DNA of 64,000 nt from Candidatus Hodarchaeota archaeon. GTDB taxonomy: Archaea > Asgardarchaeota > Heimdallarchaeia > Hodarchaeales > Hodarchaeaceae. How positions within the stretch are numbered: the stretch's first letter is position 1; every line of letters starts with the position of its first letter. The DNA lies in contig JAEOTM010000041.1 in assembly GCA_016839815.1 (NCBI GenBank), forward strand, positions 42,366-106,365. The letters run 5' to 3'. Below the pieces are notes generated by a model, which worked only from the letters and a program-made list of their open reading frames with translations, made no database searches and was not told the origin of the DNA. This document shows, piece by piece, positions 48,158 through 57,534 of the stretch. Both the position numbers and the translations under genes were made by a program.

Positions 48158-49528
48158 ATGAGAAAAATGGTGTATTTCGAAAAACCATCAAATGATAAAT
48201 CAAGATCAAACCCAATGCAGAGATATAATAATTTAATTTCCGAATGGGTGGAAAAGCATCGTTGGGACCTTCAAGTCATGAGTGGGAGAAATCAATTCCC
48301 TCCAAGACAAACAAAACTGCAAAATTGCCCTAAATGTGGAAAAAAGTTTACAGAAAACCATATTCAACAATGTCTTTATTATACAACCTATCAGGAACCT
48401 CTTCATAAACAAATAGCTGTAATCATTAACGGATCTTCTTTCTCGGTAAATGGATTTGTCGGGGAAAATGATTTTAGATCTATATTTCCCACGCTAGTAG
48501 GCCAAAGAACCGAGTCACCAATAATCCTTGAAGGGGAACCAACCATAGAATGGTATGTTGGGGCGGATGCAAATAACTTCCGAGGGTCACTTCAACAACA
48601 CAAACTAATCGAGAATGGACAGATTACGAATTGGGTAGCACTAGAAAAACTATGGGCATTTACATTTCATCAATCTTTCAAAGGATATCCACCTGATTAT
48701 CCTGTAATTTTATCAGAATTAGATACTAGTAACAAGAAAACGCGAGAGAAAATGATACAGACAATGTTTGAAATTTTTAATGTTCCAGCATTATACATTG
48801 AAAGACAAGCTGTATTAGCTCTCAAGGCCTTAGGGAAAGAAACAGGTCTTATTGTGGATTTAGGAAAAGATCAATGTCGTATAGTCCCCATTATAAAAGG
48901 AAGGATAATTGAAGAGAACCTAGGAGTAATGAATCTTGGAGGAGATGATGTTACAAATTATCTTCAGAGTCTACTCATTCCTCAAATTAATAAAGAATTC
49001 TGGTCAGATAGTTACCAATTGTATTCAACAATGAATGATATCAAGAAAAAATATTGCTTTATTGTACAACAACCGAAAGAAGAAAATTTAGATCCAAGTA
49101 TTATGAATAGCCCCCTAAAAAGAGTGGAAAACATCTTTTTACCGAATGGGGATTCAATTGCATTATTTGACGAACGATTTCTTGCTCCTGAGGTTTTATT
49201 CCAACCTGATCTCATCGAATGTTCTGAACCACCCTTACACAAGATGATTCTTTATACCATCGATCACTTTGAAGAGGATATTAAATCCATTTTCTATCGA
49301 AATATTATACTCTCGGGAGGTTCGTCACTGTTTCCAGGGTTGATAGAAAGAATTCAATTTGAACTAACCTCTCTATACCCTAATGAACATTTAAAAATAG
49401 TTGCGGAACCAGACCGACGTTTTTTGGCATGGAGAGGTGCATCAAAAATCACTCCTCAATTGTTCAAGTCCATCTGTATCCAGAAAAGTGAATATTTGAA
49501 TAATGGACCAAGGGTATACGATCTTTGA
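48158..49528 (+). CDS. Actin-related protein 2 (divergent; N-terminal C2HC Zn finger)
   Basis: IFPTLVG, YVGADA, IENGQITNW, REKMIQTMFEIFNVPALY..QAVLAL, ERFLAPEVLFQP, NIILSGGSSLFPG, AWRGAS. Confidence 0.93.
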   Translation: MRKMVYFEKPSNDKSRSNPMQRYNNLISEWVEKHRWDLQVMSGRNQFPPRQTKLQNCPKCGKKFTENHIQQCLYYTTYQEPLHKQIAVIINGSSFSVNGFVGENDFRSIFPTLVGQRTESPIILEGEPTIEWYVGADANNFRGSLQQHKLIENGQITNWVALEKLWAFTFHQSFKGYPPDYPVILSELDTSNKKTREKMIQTMFEIFNVPALYIERQAVLALKALGKETGLIVDLGKDQCRIVPIIKGRIIEENLGVMNLGGDDVTNYLQSLLIPQINKEFWSDSYQLYSTMNDIKKKYCFIVQQPKEENLDPSIMNSPLKRVENIFLPNGDSIALFDERFLAPEVLFQPDLIECSEPPLHKMILYTIDHFEEDIKSIFYRNIILSGGSSLFPGLIERIQFELTSLYPNEHLKIVAEPDRRFLAWRGASKITPQLFKSICIQKSEYLNNGPRVYDL

Positions 49529-49610
49529 AAATTGAATATGGAATGTATTGACAGATTCTAATAAGATGATTTTTGTCGGTAAATGTTCGGAGAGATTCTC
49601 GAGATTACAC

Positions 49611-49617
49611 TTAAATA
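49611..49617 (+). promoter_or_regulatory. Putative TATA box for paralogue B (leaderless transcript)
   Basis: TTAAATA 23-29 nt upstream of ATG 49640. Confidence 0.35.
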
Positions 49618-49639
49618 TTATCTCTCCCTAGCTTCTTTG

Positions 49640-50026
49640 ATGCAGATACTCGAACGTGGTTTTTGTCCTTTCCGAGTGGAGAAGAGTAACTTTCATGCGG
49701 GTTGTGTTCTTCGCATTGGGCAAACCACACTTTGTTATAGTCAGGATGTACGTCCATTGTTACGCCGTGGAACAGCTCCTGAAGAGTATTACTGCCCTTT
49801 AATTAAATTTTCTCTGGATGACACAACATACAAGGAATTTGAACAAGTTTTATCTCCTTTACTCCAAATCCAAGATGAGCAAAATACAGCCATCAATATC
49901 TGGCCCATGCTTTCTGGTTGGGCCGATCCTAAACATGAAGCTACGTCTGATGAAGGTCGTCAAATCGTTCACTTAAGTGGACAAGTCAAGGCGGCTCTTG
50001 AATCCATTGTTTATAATCTTAGCTAG
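49640..50026 (+). CDS. Small four-Cys protein of unknown function, paralogue B
   Basis: Aligns end to end with 46452..46847; start moved to MQILERG by that alignment. Confidence 0.8.
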   Translation: MQILERGFCPFRVEKSNFHAGCVLRIGQTTLCYSQDVRPLLRRGTAPEEYYCPLIKFSLDDTTYKEFEQVLSPLLQIQDEQNTAINIWPMLSGWADPKHEATSDEGRQIVHLSGQVKAALESIVYNLS

Positions 50027-50675
50027 CTAAGAATGATTGGATACTATTCCACATCAACTGTTTCTGATTCAGTAACTGATGATCACCCTCAAGGATACTA
50101 AGAGTAACTTGTGTATTATCAAATGCAAAATCTATACTCCATTGGACAGGAACAACTGCATCATTTTTTCCATGAAAAATCAGAGTTGAAATTGGAAACT
50201 GAGTTGAGGAAAATTTGGGGGGAGGATTAGCATAAAGATCTTGAACAAAGGAATAATCCAAAGGGATTTCTCCCATAAAGCGAAAATGTTCTGCTAATGC
50301 AACACCTTCCTCTTTCCACTGGGGTAGTGTAGTCCCTAACGTTTCAGCTATAAATTCAGGAGTAAATTTTAGAGCAGGTGCCATAAGAATTAGTTTTTCT
50401 ACATGTTCAGGATATAATGCTGTATACCAAGCTACAATCAACCCTCCGTAACTCGATCCAAACAAGATCACCTTGGTATTAGCAAATTTCTCTTTAATAT
50501 ACTTGTGAAGGTCGATAACTAGCTGAGAAGGTTTCATTCGTCGGAAATTTTCTGCACTAGGTATAAAATCAAATATTTGAAAAGGAATTCCTATTAAATC
50601 GAATTTATGTTCGAAAAATCGTGCTTTTTCAGAAAGTGGTCCTGAAGCGAAACCATAGAGATAGATTATTTGCAT
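50019..50675 (-). CDS. YqiA/YcfP-like alpha/beta hydrolase (esterase)
   Basis: YLYGFASGP, GSSYGG nucleophile elbow, HGKNDAVVP, GDHQL. Confidence 0.88.
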   Translation of the reverse strand: MQIIYLYGFASGPLSEKARFFEHKFDLIGIPFQIFDFIPSAENFRRMKPSQLVIDLHKYIKEKFANTKVILFGSSYGGLIVAWYTALYPEHVEKLILMAPALKFTPEFIAETLGTTLPQWKEEGVALAEHFRFMGEIPLDYSFVQDLYANPPPKFSSTQFPISTLIFHGKNDAVVPVQWSIDFAFDNTQVTLSILEGDHQLLNQKQLMWNSIQSFLAS

Positions 50676-50845
50676 TTTGATTCACTTTCTCTTCTGATGA
50701 GGGAGGAAATTTGGTAAAATGACCTCATCAAAATCGTTTTGTTTATATTAACAACTCAAGAATATCCATTCTCACACAGTATTTAAGTATTTATAACAAG
50801 AATCGTAATTATCAATTATTGGTACTTTTGGAAAATTCTACTTAG

Positions 50846-51295
50846 GTGAAAAATGTGCAGCAATTTATAATCCATTTAGAAAATGATACAGATGCGCTAA
50901 AATTACTTGCACAAATAGGTAAGACACTGGGAGAACATAATGTAGATATTGTATCTATGGCGGGAACCTCTGCCTTTGGAATCTGCACAGCCGCTCTTTT
51001 TACCGATAATGAAGAAAAAACTCATGAATTATTAAGAGAATTGAATATTTCCTTTTCCAAACAAAATGTATTAGTTGCCGCACTCCCCGATGAACCAGGC
51101 ACCTTTGGGAATTTTGCTCAATTACTCTTTGATCAAGGAGTCAGGGTTTATTCATTCTATCTCCTTCGATTCGCTAAGGATCACGCACATTATGCATTCG
51201 CTGTTGATGAAAGCGACTTTCAAAAAGCTCAGGCGTTTTTAGACGCATCGGGCTTCCTTCAAATTACAGAGAACCCTAAAAAGTCTTGTCAATAA
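50846..51295 (+). CDS. Tandem ACT-domain protein
   Basis: LENDTDAL..LGEHNVDI and LPDEPGTFG..LFDQGVRV repeats. Confidence 0.8.
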   Translation: MKNVQQFIIHLENDTDALKLLAQIGKTLGEHNVDIVSMAGTSAFGICTAALFTDNEEKTHELLRELNISFSKQNVLVAALPDEPGTFGNFAQLLFDQGVRVYSFYLLRFAKDHAHYAFAVDESDFQKAQAFLDASGFLQITENPKKSCQ

Positions 51296-51323
51296 ACATT
51301 TTTTAGATTAAGGACGAATTCTT

Positions 51324-52055
51324 ATGGATAATGTCATTGCCGCGTATCAAGAAGCCTTCGCTACTCCGTTCAATGTTTTTCTACTAGCTGTAACCATTGG
51401 TATGCTTATTCTATGGTACAGCGCACACTGGTGGCAAACTCCTGAAAAAGTTCAAAAACGAGCAAAATTCTTTTCACCACGACCTACTCAATTTCTACAA
51501 GAGAAATTAAGAACAAATGGATCTTTTACTAGAATTCTCGACTTTGCTACTATGCATCTCTGGCTTTGGGCTTTTACAATAACTGTTGTCCTCGAAGTTT
51601 ACATTTGTGGTCTTCAGGGTGATCAGGCATGGAGATATGGCCTCCCTGTAATCTTATCATGGGGAACGAGTATGACAATCCAATTTATCTATCCCGTGAT
51701 CGTTCCCAACAGGTGGGATGCTTTCGGACGTGAACTTCCAATTATTCCTTTACGTCTTGAACAATTTAAAAGCTCCGATAATGTGAATGGGTTATTGTAT
51801 AACGGTCTTCCATCCAATCATCTTGGATTAATGCTCGCTGGAGCCATTTTATGCTATTTTATTGGTATGTCATCACCCTGGTGGGTCTGGACTGCGGGAA
51901 TTGTATTCTTTCTCTTATTAGGAACTTTCTTTTGCTTCTCTGTCATTTATCTTGGAGAGCACTACATATGGGATCTTATTGCCTCAGTTATTGTATACGT
52001 CCCAATTATGTTTGGAGTGTTCTCTATAGAAAGCAGTCTTGTCCCAATGCCATGA
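51324..52055 (+). CDS. PAP2-superfamily membrane phosphotransferase, Aur1/IPC-synthase-like
   Basis: YPVIVP, NGLPSNH, IYLGEHYIWD; about 5-6 TM. Confidence 0.75.
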   Translation: MDNVIAAYQEAFATPFNVFLLAVTIGMLILWYSAHWWQTPEKVQKRAKFFSPRPTQFLQEKLRTNGSFTRILDFATMHLWLWAFTITVVLEVYICGLQGDQAWRYGLPVILSWGTSMTIQFIYPVIVPNRWDAFGRELPIIPLRLEQFKSSDNVNGLLYNGLPSNHLGLMLAGAILCYFIGMSSPWWVWTAGIVFFLLLGTFFCFSVIYLGEHYIWDLIASVIVYVPIMFGVFSIESSLVPMP

Positions 52056-52077
52056 AATAGGATGATGATTTAATCTT

Positions 52078-52869
52078 ATGACAAATTCAAGAGATTTATC
52101 CTTTCTAGATATTCCATTCATCAACCAAATGGTTTTTCATCCTCGGAAATCACCAATTGTTCCTAAGGATACAGAAATTCGGTATTTTATCCAATTTAAA
52201 GTGGATGAGGGTATTAATATTGGGGGCTTTCTTCATAAAGCATCTAATCAGGCACCAACGATACTTTTTTTCCACGGTAACGGCGAAATCGCAGAGGATT
52301 ATCATGATTTAGCTCCAGAATATCAAAAACGGGGAATGAATGTATGTGTGGTTGATTATAGAGGTTACGGCCAGAGTAATGGTGAACCCACTCTGCAAAC
52401 TATGCTTCAAGACTCACATCGAATCTTCATTCAATTCCAGAACTATCTCAAGCAACATGGACTACACGGGCCTATCTTTGTTATGGGAAGATCTTTAGGG
52501 AGTTCATCAGCAATCGAATTAGCCAGTCAGTTTAAACAAGACATTACGGGATTAATTGTTGAAAGTGGCTTTGCAAATACATATGATTTGCTTCAAAGGC
52601 TTGGAATTCCTCGAAAATTTCTTCCTGATGATAAAGAATCAAGTATCTCTCCTCTACCCTTAATGAGAGAGATAACTAACCCTACATTGATTATCCATGG
52701 AGAAAATGACTTTATTATTCCAGCAGATAATGGTTATGCACTCTATGAAAGCTCTGCAAGTAAATCAAAAGAATTAGTGATTATTCCCAATGCGGGTCAT
52801 AACGACCTCTTATACCTAGGGTTTGAGAAGTATATGAAAGCCATTGAAGCGTTTTTGAAGAAAAGTTAA
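52078..52869 (+). CDS. Alpha/beta hydrolase, ABHD13/ABHD17/BEM46-like
   Basis: FFHGNGE, DYRGYGQS, GRSLGS, IHGENDFII, AGHND. Confidence 0.88.
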   Translation: MTNSRDLSFLDIPFINQMVFHPRKSPIVPKDTEIRYFIQFKVDEGINIGGFLHKASNQAPTILFFHGNGEIAEDYHDLAPEYQKRGMNVCVVDYRGYGQSNGEPTLQTMLQDSHRIFIQFQNYLKQHGLHGPIFVMGRSLGSSSAIELASQFKQDITGLIVESGFANTYDLLQRLGIPRKFLPDDKESSISPLPLMREITNPTLIIHGENDFIIPADNGYALYESSASKSKELVIIPNAGHNDLLYLGFEKYMKAIEAFLKKS

Positions 52870-52938
52870 TTTCACAGACATGAAATTCTGAATTTCAACA
52901 ATGCGAAATTTTATATAGGGGAGTGATCAGAGTAAATT

Positions 52939-53445
52939 ATGGTTCTTGGTAGTGATCCAAACATTAGTATACAGCGACAACAGTTTTTCGAAATTTTAGC
53001 AGAATACTGGGGGAGTTATGGACTTCCCAAATTATCTGGATACATTGATGCTCTTTTATGGCTTGAAAAAAGAGATAACTGGACTCAAATTACAATTTCT
53101 GAAAGATTAAGGGAATTAGGATATTCTACATCTGTCGCTTCAGTAAACAGAGCGATAAAAATTAATGTACAATACGGAGCTCTTATTAGGAAAGGTTCTC
53201 ACAAATTGGGTTATACTTATCACATTGCTGATGACACGTCAATGCTAGAAATGATGTTTCAGACGTTGATCAAAGTAAATAATAAAATGATAGCTACTCT
53301 TGAAGATCTACGATCATCGGATATAAAGACAAGCGATCCTGAATTATTTAATGCAGTGCAGATGCAGTATCTAGGAATTAAGATTTACAACGAATCTATG
53401 GAATATGGTCTTGAACATCTTAAGAATCTGATGAGAAGTGAATGA
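52939..53445 (+). CDS. GbsR/MarR-like winged-helix transcriptional regulator
   Basis: YWGSYGLPKLSGYIDALL, ISERL...SVASVNRAI; overlaps the start of the ABC operon. Confidence 0.75.
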   Translation: MVLGSDPNISIQRQQFFEILAEYWGSYGLPKLSGYIDALLWLEKRDNWTQITISERLRELGYSTSVASVNRAIKINVQYGALIRKGSHKLGYTYHIADDTSMLEMMFQTLIKVNNKMIATLEDLRSSDIKTSDPELFNAVQMQYLGIKIYNESMEYGLEHLKNLMRSE

Positions 53446-54421
53446 TATGCAAAAAGTGATTGAAGTAAAATCTCTTGAAAAATCATTTGGAAAAGGTACG
53501 AATCTTGTTGAAGCTGTTGGAGGAATCAGTTTTGATATTTTTGAACATGAGATTTTTGGATTTTTAGGACCAAATGGGGCTGGTAAAACAACTAGTCTAA
53601 GAATGATTGTTGGTTTGTTACGTCCAGATGCAGGAGAAGTTACAATTCTTGGTGAGAATCCTCATAAAACAGGTAATAAATTAAAAAACATTCTAGGGAT
53701 CATTCCCCAAACCCCGACATTCTACGAAGATCTTACTGTGGAAGAAAATCTGTGGTTCTTAGCTAAAGTATATGATATTCCAAAAGACATTGCAAAAAAG
53801 CGAATCGATTCTTTAATTTCCCAAATCGGACTAGAGGAAAAGCGAAAAGCGATAACCAAGGATTTATCTGGAGGACAAAAACGTCGGTTAAATTTAATTC
53901 TCGCTTTAACACATGATCCCAAGATTATTTTATGTGATGAGCCAACACCGGGATTGGATCCTCAATCACGCATTGTTGTGTGGAATTTCATACGAAACCT
54001 TCCTAAACAGGGAAAAACTGTAATATTAACCACTCATTATATGGAGGAAGCAGATAGACTCTCGAATCGCGTTGCCATCATCGATCATGGTAAAATCCTT
54101 GTTATTGATACTCCCAAGAATCTAAAGGCATCTATTGGGGAAGGAGATAGAGTTGAGATAGAATGCTATGGGGAGGAGAGAGATGTTAATTATGATTTAC
54201 TTGTTGACAAATTAGTCTCTCAGGACGCACCTCTCCCTCTTGAAGATGTCTCATTTTCCCAACATACGATTACAATTCGTGCTTTAAATATTGTACCAAA
54301 ATTGAGTATTTTGCTCTCTTTCATAGAAAAACAAGGATTTGGTGTAAAGAATCTATCTTTAAGAGGAGCGACGCTTGAAGATGTGTTTATTAACTTGACT
54401 GGACGTCAGTTAAGATCCTAA
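53438..54421 (+). CDS. ABC exporter ATPase (DrrA-like)
   Basis: GPNGAGKTT, LSGGQKRRL, CDEPTPGLDP, TTHYMEEA, TLEDVF. Confidence 0.95.
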   Translation: MNDMQKVIEVKSLEKSFGKGTNLVEAVGGISFDIFEHEIFGFLGPNGAGKTTSLRMIVGLLRPDAGEVTILGENPHKTGNKLKNILGIIPQTPTFYEDLTVEENLWFLAKVYDIPKDIAKKRIDSLISQIGLEEKRKAITKDLSGGQKRRLNLILALTHDPKIILCDEPTPGLDPQSRIVVWNFIRNLPKQGKTVILTTHYMEEADRLSNRVAIIDHGKILVIDTPKNLKASIGEGDRVEIECYGEERDVNYDLLVDKLVSQDAPLPLEDVSFSQHTITIRALNIVPKLSILLSFIEKQGFGVKNLSLRGATLEDVFINLTGRQLRS

Positions 54422-54432
54422 GAGGTTGCAAT

Positions 54433-55815
54433 ATGTCATTAAGACAAATATTAGCAATTTCTCATAGAATAGGTGTACAAATAATTCGTAGTAGGTGGAC
54501 CATTCCTTACTTAATTATATTTCCTATATTTTTTATTGCTTTATATTGGTTTGGTTTCTCTGCATCCCCAATAGGACTCAATCAGACGTTTACGTTAGGG
54601 GTGATTAATCACGATGATGGTATGGATATCCAGATTCAAAATATGCTCCTAAATGAGACTTTGATGGGTAATTGGTCTTTGGATCAGTTCCACTCTACAG
54701 AGGCTTTGACTGATGGATTTGGGAGTGAATTTATAAGTATCTTAGCCAATTTAACCTATAATAACCAACCTAATTCCTCTCACATCTTTGACATCTCCGT
54801 CCTTCCTGATGAACATGAAGCTGATACCAAGCTCAAAAATCGAGAATTGGATATTGTGTTGATCCTCCCTCATCAGTTTTCTAATGCCTCCTTAGGCCTT
54901 CTAAATCAATATTGGAAGTCCACATACGGTATGTACTTTCATGAATTTCTTCAGACAATTGATCCCTCTTTACCTGACTTTCCCATTCATACTACAGAAA
55001 ATATTAGTATCAGAGGGGATGTAAGTTACTTAAATTACCAAATTGCTAATTCCATCCTTGTTAATCTAATCAAGGGATACCGAGATTTGACAACGGCTTT
55101 TAGAGGTCCAGGAGGAAGTATTAAGATTGTAATGAATGAGGAAATCAATATTTCAATTCCCACTTATTCACTTTTTGGACTTTCAATTCCTGGATTAATC
55201 GCTTTTGGGATTATTATTCAACCCTCACTTATTTCACTATTTTTTTGCATGGAATTTCGAACAAACAATCGAACCTTCGACTTAATTCGTCTATCTACCT
55301 CATCTTCAACGTACATTTTTGGTACATTTCTGATTCAGGTTCCAGTTATGATTGTTCAGGCTTTTTTATTATTCGCCAGTAGTCTTCTAATGGGATTCCA
55401 ACCTCAAGGAGACATTTTTCTCGGATATCTTATTGCGTTAACAATCCTTCCATTTTCTGCTTCGCTAATTTACTTTGCTACGGCAATTTTTTCAAATGAA
55501 GATGTTGTTGGGACAATTCTAGGTTTTGGAGGACCCTTCCTTGGCTTCATGAGTGGTGCATTTATTGAAGTACCAAAAATCATTCTCGTTAAAGATATCC
55601 TACCAACTGCAAGCGGGATTTCAAGAGATTTTCTTATCTGGGACCTTTTACCGTTAACACATACAGTATCAGCCCTTCGTCAAGTCTTATTATATGATTT
55701 TACCTTAACACAGGTGTTTTCAGATATTTTACTGAGCATAATGCTTTCTTTAGTATATTTTTTCAGCTCTCTTCTCTTTTTCAGCTACTTTAGATTCTGG
55801 AGGTCATCTCAATGA
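54433..55815 (+). CDS. ABC-2 type permease
   Basis: N-terminal TM, large loop, 5 C-terminal TM, LPLTH. Confidence 0.85.
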   Translation: MSLRQILAISHRIGVQIIRSRWTIPYLIIFPIFFIALYWFGFSASPIGLNQTFTLGVINHDDGMDIQIQNMLLNETLMGNWSLDQFHSTEALTDGFGSEFISILANLTYNNQPNSSHIFDISVLPDEHEADTKLKNRELDIVLILPHQFSNASLGLLNQYWKSTYGMYFHEFLQTIDPSLPDFPIHTTENISIRGDVSYLNYQIANSILVNLIKGYRDLTTAFRGPGGSIKIVMNEEINISIPTYSLFGLSIPGLIAFGIIIQPSLISLFFCMEFRTNNRTFDLIRLSTSSSTYIFGTFLIQVPVMIVQAFLLFASSLLMGFQPQGDIFLGYLIALTILPFSASLIYFATAIFSNEDVVGTILGFGGPFLGFMSGAFIEVPKIILVKDILPTASGISRDFLIWDLLPLTHTVSALRQVLLYDFTLTQVFSDILLSIMLSLVYFFSSLLFFSYFRFWRSSQ

Positions 55816-57116
55816 GCCATACAGTAGTTTATACCATAAAATGTCTGAAACAGACGTTTAGGAACATGGAAAGAGTCGGGGTGATTTTTATTGTTCCCAT
55901 CATATTTATCGTAGGGATGGCTCTTTTGTATGGAGAAGAGAGTTCTTTTGTTATTGTTGGGGACTCAGGTAACATCTATACAATTGGTGTTCTAAATAAA
56001 GATACTGTTATGGAACTAAATTTTGATGAAAAATTACATTTCCAAGAATTCATTGATAAAACGGGCCTTTCTGGCGATCCATTAAATGAGGGATTCGGAA
56101 AAGAATTCATCGATAATATTAATGGTTCGGATCGCTTAATATCTGAGGGGGAGAGGAATAGATTCGAGATTATACAATTTAGTAGCTTGGAAAAGGCAAG
56201 TAAAGCCGTTCAGAGTCGATATGTTAGTCTTTGCTTCACAATTCCAAAGAATTTTTCTTTATCGATTATTTCTGGGCTCAATCATCGAATAAATGTAACA
56301 GAAAATCATGCAATTCTCAACATGTCGGAGTATTACTATACTGAATCAAATATTGAACTTCTTGGCGATTTTTCCTATGCTCGTTTTTCAGAGGCATCAA
56401 TATTACTAACTAGCACCTTACAAGTATACTTAGACCACTATTGGCTTTCAGGGATCTCCACTTACAAACAGCTTGAGATCGAATATGAAGCCATATCAGC
56501 ACTTGTATTCAATGAATTCGAAATTTTTACCCCAGCATTATTAGTTTTCGTATTAATCTCTTCAAGTACAGGAGTAGCTGGCATAGTCGGTTATGAAAGA
56601 GAGCAGGGGACCATTGACAGATTAAAATTAGGCGATTTTCATGTACGAAGCTTTCTAGGGGGACTTACAATCACACAACTTGTAACAACGTTAGCAACAA
56701 TGATAATAGTTGTTCTAACATTATTTTTGGGATTAGAGTTTCCAGTACAAGGCAATTTTCAGGGATTTTTTATTCTAGGGTTAAGTATATTTGCTGTATT
56801 ACCTCTTCTAGGTATCAGTTTAGCTGTAGCTGCCTCCACTGATGGACAAATATCAACTTATTTACCTAGTATCGTTGCGATTCCCTTAACATTCCTAACA
56901 GGGAACTTTATACCGCTTCCACACATTAAAATAATAGGTGACGTCCAATTATGGCACATAAATCCATTTTTTTGTATTGGAGAGGCTCTGAGAAAAATAA
57001 TGATTCTTAATTCTGCTCCCGAAGGATTCATTCTAGATGTTATCTTACTGATCATTAGTGGATTAATAATTTTTGTGATTGGTGGATTTATCTTTATAAA
57101 AAAGGCGTATGATTGA
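55812..57116 (+). CDS. ABC-2 type permease
   Basis: EREQGTIDRL, FLTGNFIP, NPF; ATGA overlap with the upstream permease. Confidence 0.87.
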   Translation: MSHTVVYTIKCLKQTFRNMERVGVIFIVPIIFIVGMALLYGEESSFVIVGDSGNIYTIGVLNKDTVMELNFDEKLHFQEFIDKTGLSGDPLNEGFGKEFIDNINGSDRLISEGERNRFEIIQFSSLEKASKAVQSRYVSLCFTIPKNFSLSIISGLNHRINVTENHAILNMSEYYYTESNIELLGDFSYARFSEASILLTSTLQVYLDHYWLSGISTYKQLEIEYEAISALVFNEFEIFTPALLVFVLISSSTGVAGIVGYEREQGTIDRLKLGDFHVRSFLGGLTITQLVTTLATMIIVVLTLFLGLEFPVQGNFQGFFILGLSIFAVLPLLGISLAVAASTDGQISTYLPSIVAIPLTFLTGNFIPLPHIKIIGDVQLWHINPFFCIGEALRKIMILNSAPEGFILDVILLIISGLIIFVIGGFIFIKKAYD

Positions 57117-57256
57117 TTATTCATCTTGAAGAAGAGACTAGAATAGTTTTCAAAAAAGTATAGTTAGTATAGTTGTGTATAACAACTTTTTTATAATCAC
57201 TTTATAGCCTACACTAGTATTGGGTTTTTCCCAATACCATAAGTGGAGTGATAAAA

Positions 57257-57463
57257 ATGGAAAGTACATACAAATTGATTACCTTAGTCGGGAGTTCACC
57301 CAAAAGCTTCGAAGATGCTATTGCCCATGCAGTAGCTGATGCTTCTAAATCTCTTCGTGACCTTCGGATTGCAGAAATTGAAAAACAAGATTGTAAAATC
57401 GAAGATGGTAAAATCGTTGCCTTCCGTGTCCGATTTACCCTCTCATTCAAATACGAATTATAG
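57257..57463 (+). CDS. Dodecin (flavin-binding)
   Basis: TYKLITLVGSSPKSFEDAI..ASKSLRDLR..KIEDGKIVAFRV..SFKYE. Confidence 0.9.
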   Translation: MESTYKLITLVGSSPKSFEDAIAHAVADASKSLRDLRIAEIEKQDCKIEDGKIVAFRVRFTLSFKYEL

Positions 57464-57534
57464 AAAGGAAAAATCACTTCCTTTCTTCTATTTTCTTTTA
57501 ATTTTTGTACAATCAACCATCGATAAAGGCTTGG

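Noticed and set aside
46452-50026. Reading the ARP cassette as a true Arp2/3 orthologue or as a mobile element
   Set aside because: A/B show no similarity I can see to ARPC subunits, the ARPs are too divergent to assign by eye, and there are no terminal repeats, integrase or transposase
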